Assembly (NCBI GenBank): GCA_043228905.1
Contig: JBHGNT010000006.1
Coordinates: forward strand, 4,402,001 to 4,466,000
DNA from: Azolla caroliniana
Lineage: Eukaryota > Plantae > Polypodiophyta
Length of the DNA stretch: 64,000 nucleotides
Direction: 5' to 3'
The position numbers and the translations under genes are program-made. Below the pieces are notes generated by a model. That model did no database searches. It was not told the DNA's origin and saw only the letters and a program-made list of their open reading frames with translations. Of the stretch, positions 1 through 13,500 are shown piece by piece (positions within the stretch are counted from its first letter, which is position 1; the number at the start of each line of letters is the position of its first letter).

Positions 1-39
1 GAGCCCACAACAGGGCATACTTGGAATCATCCATAGATT

Positions 40-2616
40 ATGATTCTTAGCTGGAGATCATGTTTCAAGATCTCAACTTGCAAGTATTTTTCACATGGGA
101 AAACCTGTTTCTCTTCAGTTGTGGCCCCTTACCACTCGCAAGATAGCACAAGAACAACAAACACAACGCAAAACACCCAAGAAATCAACACATATGTTGC
201 AAAATGCTGCAAACAAGGAAGGATTAGTGAAGCCATTGATGCAATTTATGATAAAGATCCATCAGCTAAACTTACCACTTCAGAGACTTATATCTGCCTT
301 CTGGAATGTTGTAGTAGAATTAGGTCTCTCAAAGAGGCCAAAAGATTACATGCCCATATCACAAAGAGTGAGAAATGTGGTCACATTTGCCATCGGGTCA
401 TCACAATGTATACAAAATGTAATAGCCTTGAAGATGCTTTATGGGTCTTTGACTCACAAAGTCGGAAGAACCCGGTGGCTTGGAATGCCATATTGTTTGC
501 TCATGTTGAGTTGGGTACCTTAAAGCAAGCTAAAAAAATATTTGATTTGGTTCCTAACCCTAATATCACATCATGGAATGGTATGATAAGAGCATGCGCT
601 AAGCATGGATGTATTAAAGATTCTGTTCATATGTTTGAGAAGTTGTTGTATGAGAAGCATTTACCAGCACCGAATAGTCACACTTTTACAAGTGTTTTGA
701 GCTCAGTTTCAAGGCAAGAATTGGTATTTAATGGTATGGAAATCCATGCTCTAAGTGTTAAATATGGGCTTGATTCTGCTGAGATTGCATGGGCAGTGAT
801 CAACATGTATGCAAAATGTGGGAAAATTGATGAAGCTCAAAAGGTCTTTAGCTCTACATCTTCTAAGAATGTTTTGTGTTGGGCAGGTATGATTACTGCA
901 TGTGCAAATAATGGTCAAAATGAAGGAGCTCTGAAGATTTTCCAAGAAATGATGGAAGAAGGATTGACACCGACCCTAGCCATTTATATAAAATCTCTAG
1001 AAGCATGTGCCGGGATTGAGTTCCTAATTGGTGGGAAGCTAATACATTGCCATCTTTCCCAGGATAGCAACGAGTTCATTGTTCCGGTAGCAAATGCTCT
1101 CATCTTAATGTATAACAAATGTAAATGCTTTGAAGATAGCAAAAGCATTTTTGAGAAATTGAAAGAAAGGGATGTTTTCACTTGGAACCTAATGATTAAA
1201 GCAAATGTAGAGCTTGATAAAAATGAAGAGGCCCGCTTCTTGTTTCAAGATATGAAAAAGACTGGTTTAAAACCGAATGTGTTTACCTACAGCATTGTAC
1301 TCGACAGTTTTTCTAGCAAGTCTGAGCTTAAAGAAGGCAAATCTATCCACTCAGAGGTGAAGAAATGTGGGTTTGAGTCAAATATTGTTGTGAGGACAGC
1401 CTTGGTTAATATGTATGCCAAATGTGGAGACCTTCCAAAAGCACGCATACTCTTTGATGAGCTAGAGAAGAAAGATGTGGTATTGTGGACTACTATGATC
1501 GGGATGTATGTACGCTATGGTAATGGTGAGGAAGCTCTGGATTTGTTCGAGAAGATGGAGGAAAATGGTGTGAAACCTGATGTGTTGTCTTATGTAAATG
1601 CACTTTCTGCATGTATGTGCCCTGATGCATTAAGTAAAGGAGAATCACTACATGCTCGGATTAAAGAAGAAGGGTTTGAATCAGATATTGTGGTGAGGAC
1701 TGCGATAATGAGTATGTATGCAAAATGTGGGGGTTTGAGACTTGCAAAACAAGTGTTTGATGACATCTATGATCGAGATGTAGTTGCGTGGACTGCACTT
1801 TTAAGTATATATGCCCATGAGCTTCGTGATGATCCTAGTTCTATTATGGAGCTGTATAAGGAAATGCAAAAAGAAGGAATAAAACCAAATGGAATTACAT
1901 ATATCACCATCTTGGATGCATGCTCTAATGCTTCAGCCTTAGATCTTGGTAAACTGATCCATCGAGACATTTTGGGTAGTGATGAGAAATGTGATAGCAA
2001 TGTGGGTGCTGCATTGATCAATATGTATACTAAATGTGGAACTATTGATGATGTCCAAAGAGCTTTCGATAATTTAACTACTGGTCAATGTGTTGATGTT
2101 TGGAATTTAATGATAGCAGCCTATGTGCAACATGGACTTCATAAAGAGGCATTAAGAATCTTCGAACAAATGTGCGAGCAACCAATGTTAGTACAACCAA
2201 ACAAAGTGACCTTTGTACATGTCCTTTCAGCATGTGATAATGCAAGTCTAGTGAGTGAAGGTCGAGAATTTTTCAAGTCTATGAAATCTCATTATGGAAT
2301 CACACCATTGGCAGAGCATTTTACTTGCATGGTGTCTCTTCTCGGAAAAGTGGGGTTGTTGGAAGAGTCTGAATCTTACTTAAAGGACATGCCGAGTGAG
2401 CCAAGTGGTTTAGTATGGATGACTATGCTCAATGCTTGTAAACTCCATGGCGATCTCAAGAGGGCTGAAGAAGCTGTAAAAAGAGTCATTGATATGGATG
2501 AGTATAACGAGGAAGCATGTAGAATACTTGCTAGTATGTATGATGCTGCTGGAATTCAAGTTGATGAGGGATTAAACATAACAAAGATTGAAGATCAAAT
2601 GGGAAATGTCACTTGA
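40..2616 (+). CDS. PLS-class pentatricopeptide repeat protein, E subgroup (putative organellar RNA-editing factor), intronless, 858 aa
   Basis: Repeated P-L-S motifs (e.g. ALVNMYAKCGDLPKARILFDELEKKDVVLWTTMI). Terminal E1/E2-like segment MPSEPSGLVWMTMLNACKLHGD...LASMYDAAG. No PG box or DYW domain. Ser/Arg/Lys-rich N-terminus. Confidence 0.92.
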   Translation: MILSWRSCFKISTCKYFSHGKTCFSSVVAPYHSQDSTRTTNTTQNTQEINTYVAKCCKQGRISEAIDAIYDKDPSAKLTTSETYICLLECCSRIRSLKEAKRLHAHITKSEKCGHICHRVITMYTKCNSLEDALWVFDSQSRKNPVAWNAILFAHVELGTLKQAKKIFDLVPNPNITSWNGMIRACAKHGCIKDSVHMFEKLLYEKHLPAPNSHTFTSVLSSVSRQELVFNGMEIHALSVKYGLDSAEIAWAVINMYAKCGKIDEAQKVFSSTSSKNVLCWAGMITACANNGQNEGALKIFQEMMEEGLTPTLAIYIKSLEACAGIEFLIGGKLIHCHLSQDSNEFIVPVANALILMYNKCKCFEDSKSIFEKLKERDVFTWNLMIKANVELDKNEEARFLFQDMKKTGLKPNVFTYSIVLDSFSSKSELKEGKSIHSEVKKCGFESNIVVRTALVNMYAKCGDLPKARILFDELEKKDVVLWTTMIGMYVRYGNGEEALDLFEKMEENGVKPDVLSYVNALSACMCPDALSKGESLHARIKEEGFESDIVVRTAIMSMYAKCGGLRLAKQVFDDIYDRDVVAWTALLSIYAHELRDDPSSIMELYKEMQKEGIKPNGITYITILDACSNASALDLGKLIHRDILGSDEKCDSNVGAALINMYTKCGTIDDVQRAFDNLTTGQCVDVWNLMIAAYVQHGLHKEALRIFEQMCEQPMLVQPNKVTFVHVLSACDNASLVSEGREFFKSMKSHYGITPLAEHFTCMVSLLGKVGLLEESESYLKDMPSEPSGLVWMTMLNACKLHGDLKRAEEAVKRVIDMDEYNEEACRILASMYDAAGIQVDEGLNITKIEDQMGNVT

Positions 2617-4862
2617 AATAATGAAGTTCCAAAAAATGCATGGATTTTGAAGTTTTTTGGGTCATTACATACCATTACAAATCAACTGGGAAGTTATATG
2701 GCACAAAAACGTTCGGACATTTACGTGACTTTGACATTTATTGGTATGTTTGGATATGACTTTATGAACCAATTCAAATCATCTCCCAACCTGGAACATT
2801 ACAAGATCATTTATGACTCCAAAATTTGTAAAAATTCATTTTCTTCAGGTTTCGGTATTGGTCCGTACACTTGTTGAAAGCTTTTCTGTTCCTGAAATAA
2901 TAAGAACCTTATCAGTCGACATTACCTTCTTTGCCATGAGCTGTCAATAGGTTACACCATGGTGCTTCAGTCGACCATTCTCATGGAAATGGTAAATTTG
3001 CATTGAGTTGAGTCAATGTTCCTTTCTTGATCTCTTGCAGCTCTCGAGTGAGCTTCATGGATGTGATAATAAATGAAAAACAAAAATCACTCTGAAGTGG
3101 AGATAATGAACGTGTGATGAACTAGAAGAACTCATTTTGGAAAGGAGGCTAATGAACACATACATGTAGACCAGTTCTTATGATTGCGAAATTGGGGATT
3201 CTCATGTAATGGTGTAGAGTCATGATTGTAATCCCATTGTCTTGAGTTTTGCCTATCTAAAGGCTCTCATTCTACTTCATAATATACTTCTATTTTGCAT
3301 CCTCCATTTATCATTCTTTACATTACCACCTCTTTAATGTTTATACCAACATCATATTAATCACATAAATCACCAATATATCATGCATTTTCCGCTTTTG
3401 AACTAATTTGGTCAAGGGTAGTCAAACTTGTTATTGCACTATGATGCATACAATAAACTTTGCTAATGGTAGTACATAATGGAAAAAAGGACACCTTGCT
3501 TGATATACTTGACTACATTGTGAGACCATTGGATCATGGGAGAATTATACTTCTCTTAAAAGGTGTAAGCCACACACACATGTTTGTGGATACATCTTAC
3601 AACCTTGCCAACATAGGACGTTATCACATGCATGAGAGATTTCTATAAGAAGATCCCAAATACAAATAAGGGCCCAAACCAAACATTTGGGCAATAGTTC
3701 ACAAAATGCTCAAGATGCCCAGAGACTTGTATCTCACTACCACCAATACACATTGCGTTTGATAATATCTACACATCAAACTATGCTATTACCACAAGCT
3801 TCCACTCTTTAACACAATCATGTATGTTCTAAGTCTCTTCCTTTTTAGATCCTCTTCTTTTTAACTAAAAAATTGAATGTTACCATAGCCTTACATAGGC
3901 AAGTACACATCATCTTGCAATTTTCTCTATTTTTTCTTGAAATCACAACACTTGTTTTATCATTTGCCTCCTCTTGATGAGCCATGTATGGTGAAACATG
4001 CCTTACAAAACAATCTCCATCATTGAACACCAGACCATTGAAACGGGAAATTTGGCAAAAAATAAGATCTTTCCATGAATCATTTAGATGTCTTAAAAAT
4101 GTGGGAGGATACTTAGGGGAGAATATTTCTCTAATATAGATGTAAGAATTTTTTTGCATAAAATCCAATTTTGGTGAGTGGCCAAAATGCAACTAAAAAA
4201 GAAATAGCTAAGTCCACAATGACACTTGACTTTTCAAGGGTGTGGACATAATTGGTTAGCTTGCTACTCTGACACTAAAGCAAAGACATTGTCCTTTGAT
4301 TCCATTGAATCTTGTGGGATCACTAAATATTCAATGTTGATGTCCTCCTTCATGTGTTTATCCTCAATGTAGTAGGGAGAGCTTATCTTGTAACTTGTAA
4401 GTGGCTATTGACGATTTGGAACCCAAGTGGCTATTGAAGTGATAGTTTCCATTTTGTGGCCCTGACAAAAAAACCTTGAACGACTGTTGTATAAAGCATT
4501 CGTTACGAGAAAGGGTTGTTCGTTCTTGAGTAAAGTTCTTAACAGCCCTTTCAACCCTTCTCAATTCATCTCCTCCTCTTCTTCTTCGATATCTAGTATT
4601 ATCTACTAAACATTAATGCATCAAACACATATCTTTTCCATACACTAAACATGTTTCCAAGAAAAAATAAAATGCACCATTGGATCAATGAGTAGGTGTG
4701 AGCTAATGTTGGACAGATCAATCTCATCACGACTTAGAAAAACGATTTCTAAACATGAGCTATATAGTGACATATTTCTAAGTGGATTTGTGGTCTATAG
4801 CACAGAATTCATGTTATTCGTCTTCTTTGTAAAGGCCACTCTTACTACCTTCACAAGCAACA

Positions 4863-7800
4863 ATGGTCATGCTTGTTACTGTGAGAGTAGTCTCTGCTTC
4901 TTCTCCTTCTCCTTCTGCAGTGGAAAATCCTCTTCCTCCTCAAAATTCCCAAAACAAGACTTTCATCTATGATCGCGCATCTCCTTCTGGCCGATGGCCT
5001 GCCCAGTTCCGTCTCAGCATTGGCGAGAAGACAGAGGATCCATGGATAACTCTATCAAATGAATTAGATACAATTTCCCTCCATCCAAACAATGATGGAA
5101 GAGAAACTAACGCAAAGTTCAAGCCGCCCATCGTCAATCCTTATGTTGCTGCCCATGGTAAGTCTCATGCCTCTCTCACATCTCAAAGTTCTTTTGTTTC
5201 TAATATGGTTCGCCAACCAAAAAACGGCCGCCTTATCCGATTATCAAAACTTGCTCTTCGGAAAGCCAAAGATTGGAGAGAAAGAGTGGATAGATTGTCC
5301 TTTGCTATTTGTAATCTGGGTGTTAGAGAATCGGTTGCTGATCTATTGAAAGAATGGAATGAACAACTCTCACCCACTGATATGTGTTTTGTAGTGAAAA
5401 ATGTGGGTAATTCCGATTGGCGCCGGGCGCTTGAGTTGTATGAATGGTATAATAGACAACATTGGTTTGAACCACATGCTAGAATGTTGGCTGGAATACT
5501 TAGTATTCTTGGTAGAGCCCATCAAAGCTTTCTCGCGAAAGAGATTTTTGATCGAGCTATGCCAACTCTAGGGAATTGTGTACAAGTTTACAATGCTATG
5601 ATGGGTGTATACGCAAGGAAAGGGGATATCAATAGTGTGCAAAAGTTGCTCTCACATATGAAGGAAAAAGGATATAATCGGGATTTGATTACTTACAATA
5701 CGGTTATCAATGCGAGGTGTAAGGCTGGTTTAATGCCTGGAATGGCTATACAACTACTTAAAGACATGAAGAAAGACCATTTGACACCTGATGTTGTTAC
5801 ATATAATACTCTTCTCAGTGCTTGTGCTTTGAGAAATGATTCCGATGAGGCTGAAAAGATATTTGATAACATGAAGACTTACCGGTGTGAGCCAGACTTA
5901 TGGACCTATAATGCCATGATTTCTCTCTATGGAAGAATACCAGGTAGAGAAGATACTGCCATAGAATATTTTGATCTCATCCAAACTAATGGGTTAGTGC
6001 CGGATGCAGTGACTTACAATTCAATTCTTTATGCATTTGCCAAGAGTAAAAGAGTAGATGATGTTGAGAAAATAAGGATGCATATGAAGCAAAGTAGATG
6101 TAAGTCAGATGAAATTACTTATAATACTATAATATCTATGTATGGGAAGCTTGGTTTGCATGATAAGGCGCTGTGTTTATACCAAGAGATGAAAGGCATA
6201 GGGTGTCACCCGGATGCTGTGACGTTCACAGTGTTAATTGATGTATTAGGGAAAGCTGAGCGAGTTGATGAAGCAGAAAGGGTATTCCAAGAAATGGCAG
6301 ATCTCCGTATTACACCCACATTACAGGGATTCAGTGCTATGATCAATGCTTACGCAAAGGTGCAGAAATTTGCTGAAGCACAATGCACTTATGAATGTAT
6401 GCTTGAAACTGGAATTGTTCCAGATAACTTGGTTTTCTCTCTCATGTTAGATGTTTTACAGAAGGTTGACCTTCCAGAGAAAGGAATGCAAATGTATCAA
6501 AGGGCTATCAAGCAAAAATTTATACCAGAATTGCATGTTTACAGAATTTTACTGTCTTGGTTCTCTTGCAAAGGTATATGGAAAGAGGTAGAAGTTGTTA
6601 GTAATGATTTGATGCAGTCTGGCTTTGCATGTCATGAAGTTTGTGATGCGTTCATTCAGGCTAATCTACCTGATAAGGCAGCTAAGCATTTGTGTTATGC
6701 TGCCACAGAAGGATTAAGTATTAGCGAAAAATTAGTTCTTGATATACTAAATGCGTTTGGAACTTTAGCCAAGTATCAAGAAGCACAATCATTTGTGGAA
6801 TCTTTGGATAGTTTCTTCCCGGATCTCGTGTCTACGATGCGTGAAGCTCTAATAGTTATTTTTGCTGAATTTAAACAGGTTTTTGCAGCAATGAATGAAC
6901 TTGAGAAGGTTCGAAAATATTCAAAACCTTTAAACATGAGTACTTATCAATTACTAATTTCAATGTTTCACGATGCTGGCCTGTTCGATCATGTCATTTT
7001 AATGGCCACTGACATGCTGTCATTTGGCATTGAACTAGATGAGATTTGTATGAATTATGCAAATTCTGCCTATGTCAAGTTGCAAGGATTGACCCGTGAA
7101 TTTTCATTGGATGGTCATAGAACAAAAGAGACTTTGTATTCAGAGCTGACTTTAAATTCATATATTTCTCGCATAGAAGCTTATGGGAAGGAACACCTCT
7201 GGGAAAAGGCAGAGAGAGCGTTCAAAGAACTGCAAGAAGCAGGACACAAACCCTCTCTCAAAGCTTGGAATACCTTGATCTCTAGTTATGCAATTTCTGG
7301 GGAGTATGAAAGCGCTAAGTGTGCATTTGCTGCAATGGTAGCTGATGGGAAAATGCCAACTTCATGTACATGTAATGCAATCCTACAAGCGGCGATAAAT
7401 GCTGAAAGAACTAAGGATATCTGTAGCATTCTTCAAGAGATGCGACAATATGGAGTTAGCCCTGGAAAGAGTGTATTTCTTGCGATTCTTGATTCATCTT
7501 CAAATAAGGGAAAGATCCATGTTGCAAAAGCTGCATTCCAAGAGATAAAATCGGCTGGCTACTTGCCCAACATGCAGGTGTATAAAAACATGATTCTATT
7601 GTTTGCTAGGGTGAAACGTGTAAAAGATGCTGAAGACATGATCAAAGACATGAAATTAGATGGCTTCTCTGCTGATCTTGATATTTATAATGCTATGATT
7701 ACACTTTATGGGAAACTAGGGCGTTATAGGAAAGGTGCTGAAGTGTTCGTTGGGATGCAAGAGGCAGGATGTTCCCCGGATATGTATTCATTCAATTCAT

Positions 7801-9551
7801 TGATCTGGATTTACAGCAAGTGTTTGAAGATACCAGAAGCACTAACTATAGTTCGACAAATGGAGAAAGCAGGATTTGTGCCCGATGCCGAGTCATATAC
7901 TGCATTGATCTCGGCTTGTGGACGCCTCAACATGCAAGAAGCAGCAGAGGTCATCTTCAAAGATGCTTATGAATCTGATTGCAAACTCAATTACAAGTTA
8001 TTCCATGCCATGATGGGTATCTACCGGAATGCTGGACAGCCTGAACAAGTGAAGAAGGTTCTTGATCAAATGGCAACTGCCAACATCGCACCAACACTTG
8101 GAACATTCCATCTTCTTATGGATTCCTATGGGAAGGGTGGTGATCCAAATCAGGCCGAGGCAGTATTGAATGTTATGCAAGAAGCAGGATTCAATCCAGG
8201 GCCTTTACAATATACAGGTGTTGTTAATGCATATTTGAAAAATAACGACCATGGACGAGCAATTGAGAAACTATTGAGCATGAAAAATGAAGGGTATGAG
8301 CCAAATTATATGTTATGGACATCTTTAGTAGGTGCAGCAAGCCATTGTGAAGAAATCCGGGATGCAATCACGTTGTTGAGGGCATTGGCTGATGTGGGAT
8401 TCTCAATTCCGCTACGGTAAGCATTGACAAACAATCAGTTTTTGAGCTACTACATTTTTCTCTTCCTAATGTTTTGTGTTTCGATCCTTATGCTCTAGAT
8501 TGTTAACGGAGAAAAGTCTTGGGCTTATTTCTGAATTTGACCAAGTCTTGAAAGAGCTAGAAGTGTTTGGACAGGATGCCGGGTTGGGTTTTACAAATGT
8601 TCTCTTAGATCTTTTGTGGGCATTCCAAATGCGAGCCACAGCCTCAAGAGTTTTTACCACTGCTTTGGAGAGGGGGATATATCCCCCAACGACAATAAGG
8701 TAATGATACGTACGATTCAAATATTTGAAGATTGTATTCTTGAAAATTTGTTTTGGTCTGAAAATTAGTGCAACAATTTAAATGCATGTATGTTACATTT
8801 ATTAGGGTTCAGCAAAAGGATTGGCATGCAGACTTGAGACGATTGTCAGCTGGAGCTTCACTCGTTGCATTGACGTTATGGTTTGACCAAATGCAGGTGT
8901 CTCTTTGGTTTTGACTAAGACATTTATGTATTTATATGTTTATCTATCTATCTATATTAATTCCTTTCAGTAAATAAAGACTGTCTATCCAAAATATATT
9001 TAAAATAACGTTGATCTCATTCTTGAATATGTGTATAGAATGCTGCTCTTCAAGGATTTCCTGAGTTTCCAAAAATGGTTACTCTCGTTACTGGTTGCAA
9101 TCTAAGCACAAGAAACCAGAGCTCTGTTCAACAGACTGTGAAGGTTCACCTCTGGACCATAGGGTCACCATTCTTGAAATCAGAAGCGAGGTCAGGCTTG
9201 TTTGAAGCGAAAGGATATTCGACATGTCATTGGTTGAAAGATTCTCCCCATTGTATGGATCTAAAGCTAAGAAACTTTACTATCTTGCCTGAAACAAATT
9301 CTATGCAAATGCATGGTGGTGCTTTCATGCAAGCAACATTGGTGCCTGGATTACAAGAGATAGAAGAAAGTGTGGGTAGCCTTAGACCTAAGAAGTTCCG
9401 GAGGCTTATACATATGAGTCAATTAAAGCGAAAGCAAGTGATAATTGCCGAGCTGGAATCTCGTGAACGGATGAAGAAGAATGGAAGGGTGAACTTGAAG
9501 AGACAAAGAAGAGCAAAGTTCAGAAAGAAGCTACATAAAGTGCAAAAATGA
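4863..9551 (+). CDS. EMB1270: Chloroplast P-class PPR protein, EMB1270/At3g18110-like; exons 4863-8416, 8499-8699, 8806-8896, 9039-9551 (about 1452 aa)
   Basis: Recognised motifs DMCFVVKNVG..DWRRALELYEW...PHARMLAGILSILGR, AMPTLGNCVQVYNAMMGVYAR and C-terminal DWHADLRRLSAGASLVALTLWFDQMQ-NAALQGFPE. Three GT-AG introns join in frame (4359 nt in total). Orthology is from memory, not a search. Confidence 0.88.
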
Positions 9552-10564
9552 TGACGACTTAAAGTGAACATGGACAAGTTATACTAGCTGAGCACTCTGA
9601 TCGCAAATGCTCTTATTTTAAAATGAAGCAAAAAGGTTCAGAAAAGATGCTGCAAAAGATGCGAAAGGGATGAGGGATGAGTTAAAAGCGAACACAAATT
9701 ATAGTTAGGGTTGAGAGAAAGAAGCTATATAAGGTGCAAAGGTGAATGGATGTTGGAAGAGTTCTTAAAGTGGATATTAAAATGGATTAGAATAGTGAAT
9801 GTGCCATTACTGGAGAATCTGTTTGATCTATGGCAGTATAAACAACTATGCTTATTCTTTGCTCTAAAGCTCAATTCCCTAGTTATCACCTTTGAGGTTA
9901 GAGGTTACTGGATATGGTGCTAGTTTTGAATAGCCTTTTGCATGTTGTATGAGGTGAAGAGAGTTCTACCAACAATATCTCTCTGAACGGAAGCTTTATG
10001 TTGGCACATCTGCACATGTTCAAGAACTTCATGTTGAAATTGGATTAAAAATTTGGATGGGCAATAACATGGAATAAATATTTGTTTGCCCATCTTTTTT
10101 TTGTACATGCGTCATCTCATACATTATGACTGTCTTTATGTAAATTTGACAATACAAATTCATATTATGTAAAGGAAATTCTAAGTATTTCACTGCATTT
10201 CATCTATTCTTTTTGATACCTTCATAAAACTATTCATAATTATGTGACAAAATTTCTTGTCTGGATGCAAATAGCTCATTGTTTAGAAGCAAACTTTGTT
10301 TCTATCTTAATGTTAATCTATATGTATTATATCTATCTTAATGCAAGCACGAAAAGAGTGGTATAATTAATGCACATGGAAGGAAAAATGAGATGAATCA
10401 TATACATGCATGCCATCATCCTGAAATATATGATGTTAAGAATCTCAGCCTGAATGCCTTTCATCCTTGATAGTATACATCATCATAAAAGGGCTACAAA
10501 TATTCCAACGACATTTGTAGTAGTCTTTTGCCATCATATCATAATCAACTGTTTCATCAAAATG

Positions 10565-13500
10565 TCAGTTGTTTAGCTGCAAGGTGAATATTGATGAGAG
10601 AGAAACAGAAACCTTATAAAAATGAATTGATGAAGAATTACATTTCTCTAGAATAGTTTGTTTGAATAACTTCTGTATACATATAATTCTTATGTAAGAT
10701 ATGACAAGGATACTATAAATTAGTCATAGTTGGAGTTTAGACTCACGCCTAGCTGTAGAGTGGTCTCCGCATGAAGAGGATGATGATGACTAGGCGAACT
10801 TATACCATTTCTCATACTATTGTTACTATTATTATTGCTGGATTGATCATTTATAATATTGTGCCTGTCAAGAGCACTTGAGGCAGATTGATCAATCATT
10901 ATATCATGATGTTGCCGAAGAAAAGTCACATCTTCATCAAATGAGTTGCTCAATCCATTAGTCAATCTTGAGACCTCAAGAATCTGGCATAAAGACATTA
11001 GCAGGACACAGATTTTCTTACCAATTTGATCTAACCAATTTTTACTTATGGTTTTACAAGCTTACATTACTGAAAATCTTACATTTCAATATATAAGTGC
11101 ATATATATAGATGATCTAGTGGTAAACTGTGATTGTGGCAAAAGTTATGGTTGTGGACTCGAGTGCGAATTGATGTTGTAGACAGTAACAATGTTGTCCT
11201 AAAAAGGTGGACTTCCAACAAGCCACAACCCAAGGTGGACTCAATTTTCCACAACTGAAGGGAAGTGTTAATGACAATGCCGAAGGGTTGATTGCTGGAA
11301 TTGCAATTCAGAAAATCACTAGGCATTGTTTCTTTAAATAATAGTCTCACAACATGCCCTAAAGAAAGGACAACAATAAACATTTGATGTCCCTATAATT
11401 CCAAAGGAAAGACAATAAGGCCAGGACCTCAACTCGAGTTCAGAATATATTTCACAGGTTCTGGGTTTGATATTTTCCACGAGTTTGAAATAAAGGTTTT
11501 CAAAACGTAAGGGTAGAAAACCAAATCCGATGATGGGTTCTAGACAAACCCACTCCTCTTAGACACAAGGATGACACAATCCAAGATTGTTTCCCACATA
11601 TCATCAGATGGGTTTGTCTTTGCCCCCTACTCCATGAGATCAGCGGAACATACAACCGGCCCAAGCCAAACAAAGAAACCACCACTAAACTTCTTCATAG
11701 TCACAGCCCCATTCATGTCCATCACCAAGAGCTCAATACACACAATAGAACTACGCCCTAGAAGGATTACACCGAGACGAGCTACAACACTCTGTTGTGC
11801 ATGCAACCATTACCTGGGGACCTCGTGCATGCAGAACTTCGCTATCTCAAAAAGATAAAAAAACGTCATTATTCAGTCATAGGGGTCGTAACCGAAGGCT
11901 ATTGTTGCAATCACATTGATCTAGAAGATCCAATGCAATACATACCTTGATTTAAGCTCTCAATTTGTTGATAAACCATTCATTATATCTACGATGAGAT
12001 ACAATTATGTCAGTTTCCTACACTTTGTAAAAATGCTCTTGTCCAGGCTAATATTACTTTCTTACTTTCTGCAATCACAAGAGTCTCTCTCTCTCTCTCT
12101 CTCTCTCAAGAGTGTGGCCCATCTGACAGAAAATAAAATTAGGATGACTTTATGGAATTGTAACGGTGCACTTTGGACACACCTTGGCTGTATAGAGGAG
12201 ATTTTGAAGGTATTTGATATATTTTTATTAATAGAAACACATCAGAGTCTAAACAGAGGAATCCCACCAGTTGTAGGCTTTCGTTGGGAGTCTGTTTTTA
12301 GACAAACCTCACATTGACACACTATTGGAAGATTTGGAGGTACTGCAATATTATTTCGGAGAGGGATACATAATAGGATAGAAATACTAAGGACAGACCT
12401 AGAAGCCCGTTTTATGTGGGTGAAAGTCTTCACAAGCACTAGCAAGGATCAAACAATATTTATCGCCATTTGTTACTTTCCCCGAAAGGATCCTGTTATA
12501 ATATGGTTGGAGACGCAAGTTTAGTTGATGAATGAGCGCCACATGGGCCTTCTCTATACGAACCTTTAGTGGATGACATAATCCAATATTCTTCTCAAGG
12601 GGAAGTCTTCCTCGTAGAAGATTTCAATGCGAGAACCCAATCTCAACAATGCATAATATTTCAAATGGATAAAAACGTAGAAATGGTGAATGTCGACCCT
12701 TTAGCCATAGGCATCACACGTAAATCAAAAGACCAAGGGGCAGATACCACAAGCTTTGGTCATCATCTGCTCGAACTTGGAAGTCGACACCAGATGATCA
12801 TATATAATGGTTTATCCAAGTGGCTGGGCTCGGAAGAGCTTACATGTTTCCCACATGGAGGAGGGGAAAGCACAATTGACTATCTAATAGGACACCCTGA
12901 AGCTACCCATATGATTAACTCCTTCTGGGTGGCCCCAAGCCCTATTGGTGTAGATGATAGCTTCCTATACTTTGAGCTAAAATGCAACAACTCCAACGCC
13001 ACCAACTCTAGCCAACCAAACCATCACACCACAATACATTTTACACATGAGCTCTCTGACATGTTCAAGTCCATCTCTCCTTTCTTGATTCTTCCTTGCC
13101 TTTAGAGAACCTTACTACACAAAACTCACACACATCCTTCACTTTGTAGCAATTAGTAGTTTCCCATACACGAAACACTCCAATCAAAGTAGAATATGGT
13201 CTTCTATGCCACATAATAGATGGCATGCTAAGGATTGTAGAGACTTGTATAGATAACTTAAAGTACCATGATTTAGTGGTACTATTTCCTCAATACAGGC
13301 TCACAAAGAGATACGCAAGATGACACGTCGTAAAAGACGAGCGTGGAAAGCATCTCAATATTAAGAACTCTACCACATGTTCATGAGTAGGGATTGCGTC
13401 CTTGCACGGAAGAGACTACGGAAACCAAGACCACATACACCCATTGAGGATCCCAAGACTTGACACACATATACAGAGAGATTGTACCACATCTCTCAAG

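Noticed and set aside
4510-4551. 11-bp stem-loop upstream of the EMB1270-like gene
   Set aside because: Short enough to occur by chance, with no other support.
11050-11970. Short ORFs and TE-like composition at the end of MADS intron 6
   Set aside because: No recognisable domain, termini or TSD. Left unassigned.
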